Notes under the pieces: generated by a model
Databases searched by the model: none
Told to the model about the DNA's origin: nothing
Seen by the model: only the letters and a program-made list of their open reading frames with translations
Program-made: the position numbers and the translations under genes
Part shown: piece after piece, positions 39,847-49,876 of the stretch
How positions within the stretch are numbered: the stretch's first letter is position 1
Layout of the letters: every line of letters begins with the position of its first letter
Assembly (NCBI GenBank): GCA_038321985.1
Contig: JBBQFN010000021.1
Coordinates: 26,875-90,874 of the forward strand
Direction of reading: 5' to 3'
DNA from: Cyanophyceae cyanobacterium
GTDB taxonomy: Bacteria; Cyanobacteriota; Cyanobacteriia; Cyanobacteriales; Laspinemataceae
Length of the DNA: 64,000 nucleotides

Positions 39847-41160
39847 ATGAAAAGAGATTTTATGAATGTTAAAAGTGCGGGTTTTTTAATCGGCGCAGTC
39901 GCAATCGCGACTCTGGTTTGGATGGCCCGATTTCAACGTCCGCCACTCACCTATGCTCAAATTCCAGCCCCTAACATGAGCGATCGCACCCCCGTTAACC
40001 CAGAATGGATTACTTTAGATGGAGAACTCAAAAATAATGTAACTACTAAACCAATCGTAGCTGCAAATACTCGTTTTGGCCTTAAATTATTTTCTAAAAT
40101 TTATCAGCAAGATAAAAGTAAAAATATCTTCATTTCACCATTGAGTTTGACCCTAGCCCTACAAATGCTGAATGGCGGTGCAAGGGGAGAAACTCATCAG
40201 GCGATCGCCACAGTTTTAGAAACCCCAGGAATTGCTCAAGAACAAATTGATAGCACTCTGGCGGCACTTCAAACCCAACTCCAGGCGATTGATCCGGAAG
40301 TTGAATTGGCGATCGCTAATTCTTTTTGGATGAATCAAGACGAATCCTTCAATTCAAATTTTCTTCAAAGAAATCAAGAGATTTACCAATCTCTTATTCA
40401 AGCAATAGACTTTAATAACCCCGAAAATGCGGCCCAAATTGTTAATAGCTGGGTAGCTCAAGCCACTCATCAAAAAATAGATAATATCTTACAATCTAAG
40501 GATTTAGATAGTTCTACTATTGCCCTGTTGGTGAATGCCATTTATTTTAAGTGCGGCTGGTTGAGTCCCTTTTTAGAATCCGCCACTCATGATCACCCCT
40601 TTGCTTCGGCAAATGGGCAGACAAAACCTTATCCGCTGATGTTTCAAACCCAAGAATTTGCTTACTATGAAAATGCCTTATTTCAAGCAGTTGCCTTGCC
40701 TTATGGTAACACGGCTGAAGTAAATTTATATATTTTCCTCCCCCGTCCTGAAATCGGTTTAGATTCATTTTTAGAGGCATTGACTCCCGAAAACTGGAAT
40801 CTGTGGCTGAAAGAATACTGGGAAGCCAAACCCGTCAAATTAGGGTTGCCCCGGTTTAAAATAGAATATGACATTGAACTCAACAATATTCTGACGGCTA
40901 TGAATATGGGAATAGCCTTTAGCCCCAATGCGGATTTTACCCCAATTACTCCGGACCCGTTCTGGATTAGTAAAATCAAGCATCAAACTTTTTTAGAAGT
41001 GAATGAACAAGGAACGGAGGCATCGGCAGTAACAGCGGTAATGGGTACTCGGGGTGTTCCGGCAGAAATGATTATTGATCGCCCCTTCTTTTTTGCCATT
41101 CGCGATGATACAACGGGAACCTTATTATTTATAGGAACATTGGTTAATCCTTTAGAATAA
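39847..41160 (+). CDS. serpin with N-terminal signal/anchor
   Basis: NIFISPLS, NAIYFK, EVNEQGTEASA hinge, IDRPFFF; AAAGGA RBS before ATG 39847. Confidence 0.93.
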   Translation: MKRDFMNVKSAGFLIGAVAIATLVWMARFQRPPLTYAQIPAPNMSDRTPVNPEWITLDGELKNNVTTKPIVAANTRFGLKLFSKIYQQDKSKNIFISPLSLTLALQMLNGGARGETHQAIATVLETPGIAQEQIDSTLAALQTQLQAIDPEVELAIANSFWMNQDESFNSNFLQRNQEIYQSLIQAIDFNNPENAAQIVNSWVAQATHQKIDNILQSKDLDSSTIALLVNAIYFKCGWLSPFLESATHDHPFASANGQTKPYPLMFQTQEFAYYENALFQAVALPYGNTAEVNLYIFLPRPEIGLDSFLEALTPENWNLWLKEYWEAKPVKLGLPRFKIEYDIELNNILTAMNMGIAFSPNADFTPITPDPFWISKIKHQTFLEVNEQGTEASAVTAVMGTRGVPAEMIIDRPFFFAIRDDTTGTLLFIGTLVNPLE

Positions 41161-41242
41161 ATGGTCAAAAGAGGGACGATTGTTTCCCAAAAGAGTATGA
41201 CATAGTTGAGTTAAAAATATTTTTTAAACGGAGTCTCGGAAA

Positions 41243-42529
41243 ATGAATAGACTGTTCTTTAATTTGGGCCAACCTCTGGGGGCGATCGCCAGCGCTATCT
41301 TAGTTTTGGCATTTGTCGCCTCTGTTCCAGTCCAAAGTCGTAGCCTTTCCAATTCAGCTATTTCCCCGAATCAGACTACTTCCTTGACAAACCTGGATGA
41401 AACGACCCTCGATATTTATACTCGCTTTGCCTTTAAACTGTTTTCAAGAATTCATCAGCAGCAGACTCAGGAAAATATTTTTATTTCTCCTGCTAGCATT
41501 ACCAATGCTTTAGCAATGACCTATAATGGGGCATCGGGAACCACCCAAGAGGCGATGGCAGAAGCCTTGGAAATTCAAGGCATGAGTTTAGAAGATTTTA
41601 ACCAAGCTAATGCCGCTCTTAAGGCTTTACTTTCGGATGAGTATGAGGCAGTAGAAATTAGTATTGCTAATTCTCTATGGCTGAATCAAAACGCCTCGTT
41701 CCTCCCCATTTTTCTGCAACAAGTCACTGAGTTTTATCAAGCCCAACTCAACCAATTAGATTTTACCAGTCCTACAGCGGCTGATGAAATTAATGCTTGG
41801 GTTCGAGAACAAACCAATAATAAAATAGGAAAAATTATTGATGAAATCAATGCCAACAGCATTCTTTATTTGATGAATGCGGTTTATTTTAAAGGCAGTT
41901 GGACAGAAGCGTTTTCTGAAGAATTGACGGAAGAAAAACCTTTCCGCATGATGGATGGAACAACCCGACCCCATCCGTTAATGTCTCAACTGGGGACTTA
42001 TTTGTATCTGGAGAATTCAGACATTCAGGCGATTAGTCTTCCTTACGGTAATGGGCGCTTTAGTTTGTATGTCTTTCTCCCCCCGGAAAATGTTAGCCTT
42101 GATCGCTTTTATGAGGAGTTGAATGCGGAACAATGGGATAACTGGATCAAGGCAATGCGACGGCAAGAGGGTGTGATCCAATTACCCCGCTTTGAGTTAG
42201 AATATAGTATTGCCTTAAACGATACTCTTGAACAGATAGGTATGGGAATTGCTTTTTCTCCCAATCAAGCTGATTTCTCGAAGATGACGTCAGAGAAGGT
42301 TCATATTTCTGAAGTTCAACATAAAACCTTTGTAGAAGTGAATGAAGAAGGAACAGAAGCCGCTGCTGTAACTTCGGTGGAAATCAGGCGGGTCAGTCTT
42401 GAGGAGATGCCTGAACCGGAACTGTTTTCCATGATTGTCGATCGCCCTTTCTTTATGGCAATTCGCGACAACCGCGCTCAAACAATTTTGTTCATGGGTT
42501 CAATTGTCAATCCCCACACTTCCAGGTAG
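41243..42529 (+). CDS. serpin, secreted
   Basis: NIFISPAS, NAVYFKGSW, EVNEEGTEAAA hinge, VDRPFFM. Confidence 0.94.
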   Translation: MNRLFFNLGQPLGAIASAILVLAFVASVPVQSRSLSNSAISPNQTTSLTNLDETTLDIYTRFAFKLFSRIHQQQTQENIFISPASITNALAMTYNGASGTTQEAMAEALEIQGMSLEDFNQANAALKALLSDEYEAVEISIANSLWLNQNASFLPIFLQQVTEFYQAQLNQLDFTSPTAADEINAWVREQTNNKIGKIIDEINANSILYLMNAVYFKGSWTEAFSEELTEEKPFRMMDGTTRPHPLMSQLGTYLYLENSDIQAISLPYGNGRFSLYVFLPPENVSLDRFYEELNAEQWDNWIKAMRRQEGVIQLPRFELEYSIALNDTLEQIGMGIAFSPNQADFSKMTSEKVHISEVQHKTFVEVNEEGTEAAAVTSVEIRRVSLEEMPEPELFSMIVDRPFFMAIRDNRAQTILFMGSIVNPHTSR

Positions 42530-42539
42530 CTGTCTCCTA

Positions 42540-42760
42540 GTTCGTCCTAACGACTTCAGTCGTTTCTTCAAGTTCGTGGTGACGACTTCAGTCGTTTCCG
42601 GATTGGTTTCAATTCTCCTCAATACGCTTGCTCAACATTGTGTTCAAATAGCCCTATAATTTGAGATATATTTGAAGTTTGGGCGTTGAACAAAAGAAAA
42701 CGACTGAAGTCGTTACTACGAACAAAGAGAAAGACAACGACTGAACTCGTTACTACGAAC
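42540..42760. repeat. cluster of four 25-bp REP-like repeats (2 forward, 2 inverted)
   Basis: Consensus GTTCGTAGTAACGACTTCAGTCGTT at 42540 and 42572, inverted at 42699 and 42736. Confidence 0.85.
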
Positions 42761-42770
42761 AGGGATAAAG

Positions 42771-43343
42771 TTAACGAGAGGTGGTTACGGGTTCAACGTA
42801 GTTTTTATTGGCGCGGATGAAACAATTATTAGTTTGTTCAGGTCCGTTGCTACTTTCTACAAAGATCCAGGTTTGATTGTTGGAATCAAAAGTTAAGATA
42901 AATCCCCCGGGAGAAAGAGCGGCTTGGAAAGTCGAATCAGGGGGTAATGTTCCAGTAACGGGCCAACTGGCGATATTTAAGGCCCCAGCCGATGGATTCC
43001 AGACTTGATCAATGGTTTGATCGCCCATGCGACAGTTTAAACCTTTCGGGTCTGGGTCTACCACTCGCCAATTGATATGGTTAGATTTACCTGTATAATC
43101 CCCTTCAGCGCTGGTTTGAGGTAAAACTGAGGATGAAATCGGCACCTGATCCGGTGTCCCGCTGCCGCGATCGTCCTGAATTGGGGGGGAAGCCGGATTG
43201 ATGGGAGTCGAGGGGGCAGTTGTGGTACAACCTCCGATACTCAGGGCGGCGATCGCCAACAGAATGGGTAAACCTCGGGGCTTAAATCTACAGCGGTTAT
43301 TACTAAATTGAGTCAGAGTTTCCCGTAAATAATCCAAATACAT
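42771..43343 (-). CDS. putative lipoprotein
   Basis: Hydrophobic stretch ending IGGC, Pro/Thr linker, GLNCR...NCF domain. Confidence 0.7.
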   Translation of the reverse strand: MYLDYLRETLTQFSNNRCRFKPRGLPILLAIAALSIGGCTTTAPSTPINPASPPIQDDRGSGTPDQVPISSSVLPQTSAEGDYTGKSNHINWRVVDPDPKGLNCRMGDQTIDQVWNPSAGALNIASWPVTGTLPPDSTFQAALSPGGFILTFDSNNQTWIFVESSNGPEQTNNCFIRANKNYVEPVTTSR

Positions 43344-43472
43344 AACTTTCCCTTTCCAAAGGCTAAATTAGCGAATAGTTCAATTTTCTGTTCAGCCGAC
43401 TTAATTCGGGATATCCTGATTCTTGACTTTACTGATTGCTGAAATAATGAGGCCGGAAATCGAGTCGGGGCT

Positions 43473-44174
43473 TCATGAGGAGAAGGACTCTCCCCCGGAC
43501 CCCAATCGATACCCTTTGCCATAAACTGTGTGAATTAAAGGCATCTCTCCTGGGGCTTCGATTTTGCGCCGCAGTAGCCGAATTTGGGCCGCGAGAACGT
43601 TGCTACTGGGTTTTTCCCCCGTTGACCACAGATGTTGATAGATTTCGCTGTGGGTGAGTAATTGTCCCCCATGACGCATAAAATATTCCAGTAGGGTACT
43701 TTCTTTTTCTGAGAGTTCGATGGTCCGACCCCCTCGGTAAGCTAACTGATTTTCGCAGTCCAGTTCCAGGTCCCCAACCTGTAGGTGCGTTTCATTGGAA
43801 GGAGCTTTTTGAGTGGCCGATCGCCTCAGTTGTGCTCGGACTCGGGCTAATAATTCCAGCAGTTCAAACGGTTTAACCAGATAATCATCAGCCCCCGCAT
43901 CCAGTCCTTGGACGCGATCATCTAAGGTATCTTTCGCCGTGAGAAAAAGCACCGGCGTTACATCCCCCTGACGGCGGATTTCCTGACAAATGGCTAATCC
44001 AGACTGATGGGGTAACATCCAATCTAGAATGAGTAAATCATACCCTCCTTGCCGTGCTAATTGGGCCCCTGTCACGCCATCTGCTGCGACTTCTACTTGA
44101 TATCCTTCCCGAGTCAGCACCCGAGTTAAGGGTTCCGTCAGTTGAACTTCATCATCCACTAAGAGAATTCGCAT
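43473..44174 (-). CDS. rppA: OmpR-family response regulator, RppA-like
   Basis: REC (LDWMLP) plus wHTH with SNVLAAQIRLLRRK and IHTVYGKGYR. Confidence 0.75.
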   Translation of the reverse strand: MRILLVDDEVQLTEPLTRVLTREGYQVEVAADGVTGAQLARQGGYDLLILDWMLPHQSGLAICQEIRRQGDVTPVLFLTAKDTLDDRVQGLDAGADDYLVKPFELLELLARVRAQLRRSATQKAPSNETHLQVGDLELDCENQLAYRGGRTIELSEKESTLLEYFMRHGGQLLTHSEIYQHLWSTGEKPSSNVLAAQIRLLRRKIEAPGEMPLIHTVYGKGYRLGSGGESFSS

Positions 44175-44260
44175 AAGGTTAATTGGCGATGGGTGGTTGC
44201 TGAGGGTGGGTTGGATTCAAAAATTATCGCCGAGGGCGTCGCCACCGGAACAGTAAAAGT

Positions 44261-44328
44261 TAAAAACCGGCTTTCAGTTCAAAATGTCTACGCATTAGCC
44301 ATAAATTAGGGCCAGAAACCGGGTTTGT
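44261..44328. repeat. AGAAACCGGGTTTCT-family doublet
   Basis: TAAAAACCGGCTTTC (44261) and AGAAACCGGGTTTGT (44314). Confidence 0.6.
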
Positions 44329-44397
44329 GATCCGACAGCTCTAAATCTTGTCCCCATTCCCCAGTAAAATCTAAAACCGATATTCTAATTGGGTCTT

Positions 44398-45042
44398 ATG
44401 CTTACCGTTGCTTTACCGAAAGGATCGTTGTTAACCGATAGCATCCGACTATTGCAGTCGGTTGGATTGGATTTTAGTGCATTTCTCGATTCATCGAATC
44501 GACAATTACAAATTTTAGACCCCACTGGGACGGCGCGGGCGCTGCTGGTGAGGACCCATGATGTGCCGGTTTATGTGGAGTATGGTCAAGCGCAGTTAGG
44601 AATCGCGGGCTATGATGTATTGCGGGAAAAACAGCCACAAGTGGCTCAGGTGTTGGATTTAGGGTTTGGTAAATGCCGCTTGTCAGTGGCCGTGAAGGAG
44701 TCGAGTCCCTACCGGCGATCGCTGGATTTACCCGCCCACGGACGAGTCGCCAGTAAGTTCGTCCATTGTGCAAGGGAATACTTTCAACGCCTGGATTTGC
44801 CGGTGGAAATCGTTCCCCTGTCTGGTTCGGTGGAACTGGGACCGATTACGGGAATGTCTGAGGCGATCGTTGATTTAGTGTCTACTGGGCGCACTCTTAA
44901 GGAAAATGGCCTGATCGAAATGGAAGTTTTGTTTGAGAGTTCGGCGCGATTGATTGCCCATCCGATTAGCTATCGTCTAAATACCGATGGCATCGGCGAT
45001 CGCATCGCCGCAATTCGCGAGATGACAACAACAGCAGTTTAA
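44398..45042 (+). CDS. hisG: ATP phosphoribosyltransferase, short form
   Basis: [25 protein letters not shown]...[16 protein letters not shown]; lacks the regulatory C-terminal domain. Confidence 0.96.
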   Translation: MLTVALPKGSLLTDSIRLLQSVGLDFSAFLDSSNRQLQILDPTGTARALLVRTHDVPVYVEYGQAQLGIAGYDVLREKQPQVAQVLDLGFGKCRLSVAVKESSPYRRSLDLPAHGRVASKFVHCAREYFQRLDLPVEIVPLSGSVELGPITGMSEAIVDLVSTGRTLKENGLIEMEVLFESSARLIAHPISYRLNTDGIGDRIAAIREMTTTAV

Positions 45043-45127
45043 TCCCTGGGATCAGAAGGGCCGATCGCATAAGGGGTTGCGCTACAGTGAGATGAAATCT
45101 GTCTTCCATTGTCCATAAGGTTTATTG

Positions 45128-46996
45128 ATGACTCGCTTATCACCACCCCCAACTCCCGAAGGTCGATCGCGCCGTCGCGAAAATGATTGGCGTTTATTTC
45201 TGCGCTTGGTTCCTTATGCCCGTCGTAGCGGTCGTTTGTTGGGGATTTCTCTGATCCTATTAGTCCCCTTAGCCTTTGCCGGTGCCGTCCAACCGATTAT
45301 TATTGGTCAGACGATTTCCCTAATCCGGGGTGAACCGACTAATATCCCCTTTTTTGCAGAGGTTTCCCTCAGACAAGGGTTAAACATCCTGACGGGCTTA
45401 TTGTTGTTCACGATTATTGTACGGTTTGCCCTGCAAGCAATTCAGGGATATCTAATCCAGGAAGTCGGGCAAAAAATTACCGCTGATATTCGGAATGATT
45501 TGTTTGATCGCGTCACCTCTTTAGCCGTGCGTTTTTTTGATCGCACTCCTGTAGGACGCTTAATTACCCGCCTCACGAGCGATGTAGAAGCCCTCGGCGA
45601 GGTCTTTTCTACCGGCGCAATCGGGGTAATCACAGACTTATTTTCCATCGCGATCGTTTTAGCTATCATGTTCTATCGGCAGTGGCAACTTGCCCTCCTG
45701 CTGTTGCTAATGCTAGTCCCGATCGCTACTTTGATTATTTACTTTCAACAGCAATATCGCCAAGAAAACTATAAAGCGCGAGAAGAACTTTCCTCCCTCA
45801 ACTCTAAGTTACAAGAAAATATTGTCGGCGTTGGCGTCGTCCAAATCTTTCGCCGGGAAGTCTTTAATGCAGAATTATTCCGGGTCAATAACGAGCGTTA
45901 TATTAAGGCAGTTGACAAAACCATCTTTTATGATTCTGCCGTCTCTGCGACCCTAGAATGGATTGCATTTGTGGCGATCGCCGGAGTCTTGTGGTTAGGG
46001 GGTCAACTCGTTCTAGGAGATACGATGACCGTGGGTAAATTAGCCGAATTTATCCTATTTTCCCAGCGCTTATTCGACCCTCTGCGTCAATTTGCGGATA
46101 AATTCACCGCTATTCAAGCCGGATTTACGGCGATCGAACGGGTTAGCGATATTTTCAACGAACCCATCGAAATTCGGGATCCCGATGTCAAAGAATTAGT
46201 AGTCGGGAAAGAGTGGCAGAGTCCCACCACCAGCAAAATTACTCCCCCGATGGACTTCAACCCTCATGCCGGGGAAATTCGCTTCGAGAACGTCTCTTTT
46301 GCGTATAAAAATGACGAATACGTTCTCAAGAACCTAGACTTTACCATTAAACCCGGGGAAAAAGTAGCTTTAGTCGGTCCTACCGGGGCGGGCAAAAGTT
46401 CCATCGTCCGCTTATTGTGTCGTCTATACGAAGCCAGTCAAGGGCAAATTTTAGTCGATGGAGTCAATGTGCGAGATATGCGCCAAGCCGAATTGCGTCA
46501 GCATATCGGTGTCATTCTCCAAGATGGCTTTTTGTTTGCCGGAGATGTCAAAAGTAATATCAGCCTTGGGGAAACCTATTCTCTAGCAGAGATTCAATCC
46601 GCAGCAGAACGCACCAATGTAGCCTCTTTTATTGAAGATTTACCCCAAGGTTACAATACCCAATTACGGGAACGGGGTACCAATTTATCGGGGGGACAAA
46701 AGCAACTGTTAGCCTTTGCACGGGCTGCCATTCGCAACCCCAGAATTTTAGTTTTGGATGAAGCAACGGCAAGTTTAGATGTGGGAACGGAGTCGTTAAT
46801 TCAAGATGCTTTAGACCATTTATTAGAGGAACGCACGGCAATTATTATCGCCCACCGTCTCTCAACCATTAAAAATGTCGATCGCATTCTAGTCCTCAAG
46901 CAAGGCCAACTCGTGGAACAAGGAAGTCATGAGGAATTGTTAAGCCAAGGTGGATTGTATGCCGGGTTGTATCAGTTACAAATGTTAGGACAGTGA
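45128..46996 (+). CDS. ABC exporter, fused TMD + NBD (MsbA/MdlB-like)
   Basis: GPTGAGKS, LSGGQKQ, ILVLDEAT, IAHRLST. Confidence 0.95.
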   Translation: MTRLSPPPTPEGRSRRRENDWRLFLRLVPYARRSGRLLGISLILLVPLAFAGAVQPIIIGQTISLIRGEPTNIPFFAEVSLRQGLNILTGLLLFTIIVRFALQAIQGYLIQEVGQKITADIRNDLFDRVTSLAVRFFDRTPVGRLITRLTSDVEALGEVFSTGAIGVITDLFSIAIVLAIMFYRQWQLALLLLLMLVPIATLIIYFQQQYRQENYKAREELSSLNSKLQENIVGVGVVQIFRREVFNAELFRVNNERYIKAVDKTIFYDSAVSATLEWIAFVAIAGVLWLGGQLVLGDTMTVGKLAEFILFSQRLFDPLRQFADKFTAIQAGFTAIERVSDIFNEPIEIRDPDVKELVVGKEWQSPTTSKITPPMDFNPHAGEIRFENVSFAYKNDEYVLKNLDFTIKPGEKVALVGPTGAGKSSIVRLLCRLYEASQGQILVDGVNVRDMRQAELRQHIGVILQDGFLFAGDVKSNISLGETYSLAEIQSAAERTNVASFIEDLPQGYNTQLRERGTNLSGGQKQLLAFARAAIRNPRILVLDEATASLDVGTESLIQDALDHLLEERTAIIIAHRLSTIKNVDRILVLKQGQLVEQGSHEELLSQGGLYAGLYQLQMLGQ

Positions 46997-47009
46997 GGAT
47001 ATCTTCTCC

Positions 47010-47042
47010 TTTGTAGTAACGACTTGCTGTCGTTACTACAAA
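47010..47042. repeat. palindromic REP-like element of the same family as 42540-42760
   Basis: TTTGTAGTAACGAC-TTGCT-GTCGTTACTACAAA, perfect 14-bp arms. Confidence 0.8.
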
Positions 47043-47218
47043 CTAAGACGGGATTAGAGGAGGCAAAATCTTATATATATTTCGGCACAGATTCCCATTG
47101 TACTAATATACATAAAAAGCGATCGCCGGTCAAGAGACGATCGCTGTTTTGTATGTGAGTTAATTCAATATAATAGGCGCACTAGGGTACAGCTATACTG
47201 AATTTTCAAAGAAATCTG

Positions 47219-48151
47219 TCAAGGCGCGATCGCATTTAACAAGGTCTGAAATCGCAGGTCGTGACGAATAGAGTCCCAAGTCCCATCCAGACGCGTCCGT
47301 TCTTGATATCCCTCGGGGTCCTGAGAAATATAACACTGCAAATGTTCGATCGCCCGTTCGATATGACCTAGGAGGAGATGACAGGTTGCTTTGGCATAAT
47401 GGACTTCGGGAAAATTTGCCTCAATCTCCAGGGCCTCAGCGTAGTCCGAGATCGCCTTCTCATAGCGACCAAAGCGCTGCCAGGTTTCCCCGCGTCGATA
47501 CCAGGCCCAGCGATCGTTAGGACGAAGATCTAAGGCGCGGTCATAACTATCCAGGGCATCTTCATAGTGATTGTGTTGCAGGAATACTTCCCCGCGTCGA
47601 TACCAGGCCCAATAATCTTCATCCCGGCGCTGTTTCAGGGCTTTGTCAAAGCTGGCGACTGCCTCTTCGACCCGTCCCAGTTGTCCTAACGCTTTACCGC
47701 GCTGATACCAGGCCCAATAATCCCGGGACCGTAATTCTAGGGCTTTGTCAAAGCTGGCAACTGCCTCATCATGGCAGTTTGTATGTCTTAAGGCATTCCC
47801 TCGGCGATACCAGGCCCAATAATCCTCGGGTTTGCTCTCCAGTGCCTTATCATAAGAAGCCACGGCCTCTTGATAGCGTTTGATTGCCGTTAGAGCATTA
47901 GCCCGTTCGTACCAGGCCCAATAATCTGTAGGCCGGAGTTCTAGGGCGCTGTCATAAGAGGCGACTGCTTCTTCATACTGTTTCGAGTCATGGAGGAGAC
48001 TAGCCCGCTTATACCAGCCTTGATAACCCTTCGGCTGGTCTTCTGATTCTGGCTTGAGTGCAACTGCTGTTGTGTGGTTTCCGTGATTGGTTCGAGAGGT
48101 TGAAGGGTCTAACCCCATTGAGTCTTGATTTTCGCTCATATAGCGCTCCAA
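47219..48151 (-). CDS. TPR repeat protein (DYWAWY-type repeats)
   Basis: 34-aa repeats AVASYDKALE..P.DYWAWY.RG; the start may be the internal MSENQ ATG. Confidence 0.92.
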   Translation of the reverse strand: MERYMSENQDSMGLDPSTSRTNHGNHTTAVALKPESEDQPKGYQGWYKRASLLHDSKQYEEAVASYDSALELRPTDYWAWYERANALTAIKRYQEAVASYDKALESKPEDYWAWYRRGNALRHTNCHDEAVASFDKALELRSRDYWAWYQRGKALGQLGRVEEAVASFDKALKQRRDEDYWAWYRRGEVFLQHNHYEDALDSYDRALDLRPNDRWAWYRRGETWQRFGRYEKAISDYAEALEIEANFPEVHYAKATCHLLLGHIERAIEHLQCYISQDPEGYQERTRLDGTWDSIRHDLRFQTLLNAIAP

Positions 48152-48556
48152 AGCAGATATTTTCTGCGCTTTGTGGATCTGTTCGATCGCGTCCTGGGCT
48201 ATCTCTTTGCCATGTAGCTGCTTGTCTGCCCTTTCGATAAGCGTTTATACTGGCCTGACTAGCCTTTTTATCAGCGTTTGCTGGGGTTCCATTAACTTTA
48301 AAACCCCATTAGAATCTTAAAGGATTTTTGGCTTTTTATATGGGATTAAGTTGATATTTATTTTCACGAATTAAACGCATTTTTTATCCAATTTTATGCG
48401 GATTTTTGTCAGTAAATCTTGACAATTTACTGCAGCTGAATCCCTCGGTCGCTTTTTAGATTAGGTACGGGATGAAACGTTAAAATTTGGGTCGGATTTT
48501 TCAACGTTCCACCCCAAGAGTTCAAGCCCTCAGCCGGAGAATTAGCCAAAAGAAAA

Positions 48557-49750
48557 TTACATCAACCCCGGGAAAGCTCGATCGCCGCGCAGACTGTTAA
48601 ATTCGATGTCAATGGCAGCTTTTTGACGATAGGAGTCTCCCCCCCAGTGAATCGCTTGTTCCAAGCTGGCGACTGCTCCTGGCGCGTCTCCTTGGCGGAG
48701 CGAGTAGCGGGCAAGATCGTACCAAATTGCAGCATCTTTCAGTTCAATCGTGAGGGCTTTTTGCAAGCTCATCATGGCCTCATCGTAGCGACCGAGTTCC
48801 CCCAAGGCGATACCTAGGTCATGCCAAACCCAGCCGCTTAATCGCTCATACTGTTGACCCCAGCGAGTCCAGTTCGGTTCGCACTCCAAGGCCCGGTCAA
48901 AGCTGGCAACTGCCTCATCATAGTGACCTAATTGATTATGAGCGTTACCCAATTGATACCACGGCCAAAAATTATCGGAGTAAAGAGAAATAGCCCTTTC
49001 GTAGCACTGGATTGCTTCACCGGGGCGGTCGAGGTCGTCTAGGGCAATGCCGCGATCGTACCAAACCAAATCATTCTCCGGGTCCATCTTCAACGCCTGG
49101 TCATAACTGGCGATCGCCGCTTCCGTTTCTCCTAAGCGATCCAACAGCTTCCCGCGTCGATACCAGGCCATCTCTGCCGTGGGTTTCACCTCCAAGGCGC
49201 GGTCATAGCTGGCTAACGCCTGCTCATACTCCTCCATCATTTCCAGGGCCATCCCCCGTCGATACCAGGCCCAATAATCTGTAGAACGGAGTTTTAGGGC
49301 GCGGTCATAGCTGGCAACAGCCTGATCGTAACGACTGCCCTGGGCAAGGGTAATCGCCCGTTCATACCAAGCCCAATAGTCCCCGGGACGGGCTTCCAAG
49401 GCCCGGTCATAGCTGGCGACGGCCTGATCATACTCCTGTAATTGACGGAAGGCACTCCCCCGTTCATACCAAGCCCAATAGTCTGCGGGACGGGCTTCCA
49501 AGGCGCGGTCATAACTAACCACAGCCTCTTCATACCGGCCCAATTCATCTAAAACGTTACCAATTTGATACCAGGCCCAATAATCTTTCGGTCGATATTC
49601 TACCGCTTTATCGTAGCAACTCAGGGCGTCATGATAATGACGCGCATCCCTCATCGCATTTCCCTGTTGATACCATTCCCAATAGCTATCGGGCCTACAT
49701 TCTAAAGTCCGTTCATAGATAGAGATTACACGACTCATTGTTTGACTCAT
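48557..49750 (-). CDS. TPR repeat protein (DYWAWY-type repeats)
   Basis: About 10 TPRs; C-terminal WYDLA...LEQAI...F..LR capping motif. Confidence 0.93.
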   Translation of the reverse strand: MSQTMSRVISIYERTLECRPDSYWEWYQQGNAMRDARHYHDALSCYDKAVEYRPKDYWAWYQIGNVLDELGRYEEAVVSYDRALEARPADYWAWYERGSAFRQLQEYDQAVASYDRALEARPGDYWAWYERAITLAQGSRYDQAVASYDRALKLRSTDYWAWYRRGMALEMMEEYEQALASYDRALEVKPTAEMAWYRRGKLLDRLGETEAAIASYDQALKMDPENDLVWYDRGIALDDLDRPGEAIQCYERAISLYSDNFWPWYQLGNAHNQLGHYDEAVASFDRALECEPNWTRWGQQYERLSGWVWHDLGIALGELGRYDEAMMSLQKALTIELKDAAIWYDLARYSLRQGDAPGAVASLEQAIHWGGDSYRQKAAIDIEFNSLRGDRAFPGLM

Positions 49751-49876
49751 ACTTTTATTGCAAAATTAATTCGATCTCTCTTAATCATAAGGATACTGCG
49801 ATCAAAGCTCACTCGGCTCGGTAAAATTACTTTGAATAGGTTAAATATTCAACAAAATTCAGCCCCAAAAGACTTG

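Noticed and set aside
48434..48535. GCTGAATCC...GGTACGG...TTTGGG resemblance to a c-di-AMP (ydaO) riboswitch
   Set aside because: It is on the plus strand while the flanking genes are minus, the 3' consensus is missing, and the AACGTT...AACGTT hairpin is explained as a TPR gene terminator.
47490..49590. Regularly spaced 17-20 bp repeats resembling a CRISPR array
   Set aside because: The 102-bp period equals 34 codons; they encode the DYWAWY motif of TPR repeats in open frames, and no cas genes are present.
49742..49876. 45-aa N-terminal extension of aspA in the ORF track
   Set aside because: It overlaps the divergent TPR start and promoter; family similarity begins at MSEQ (49877).
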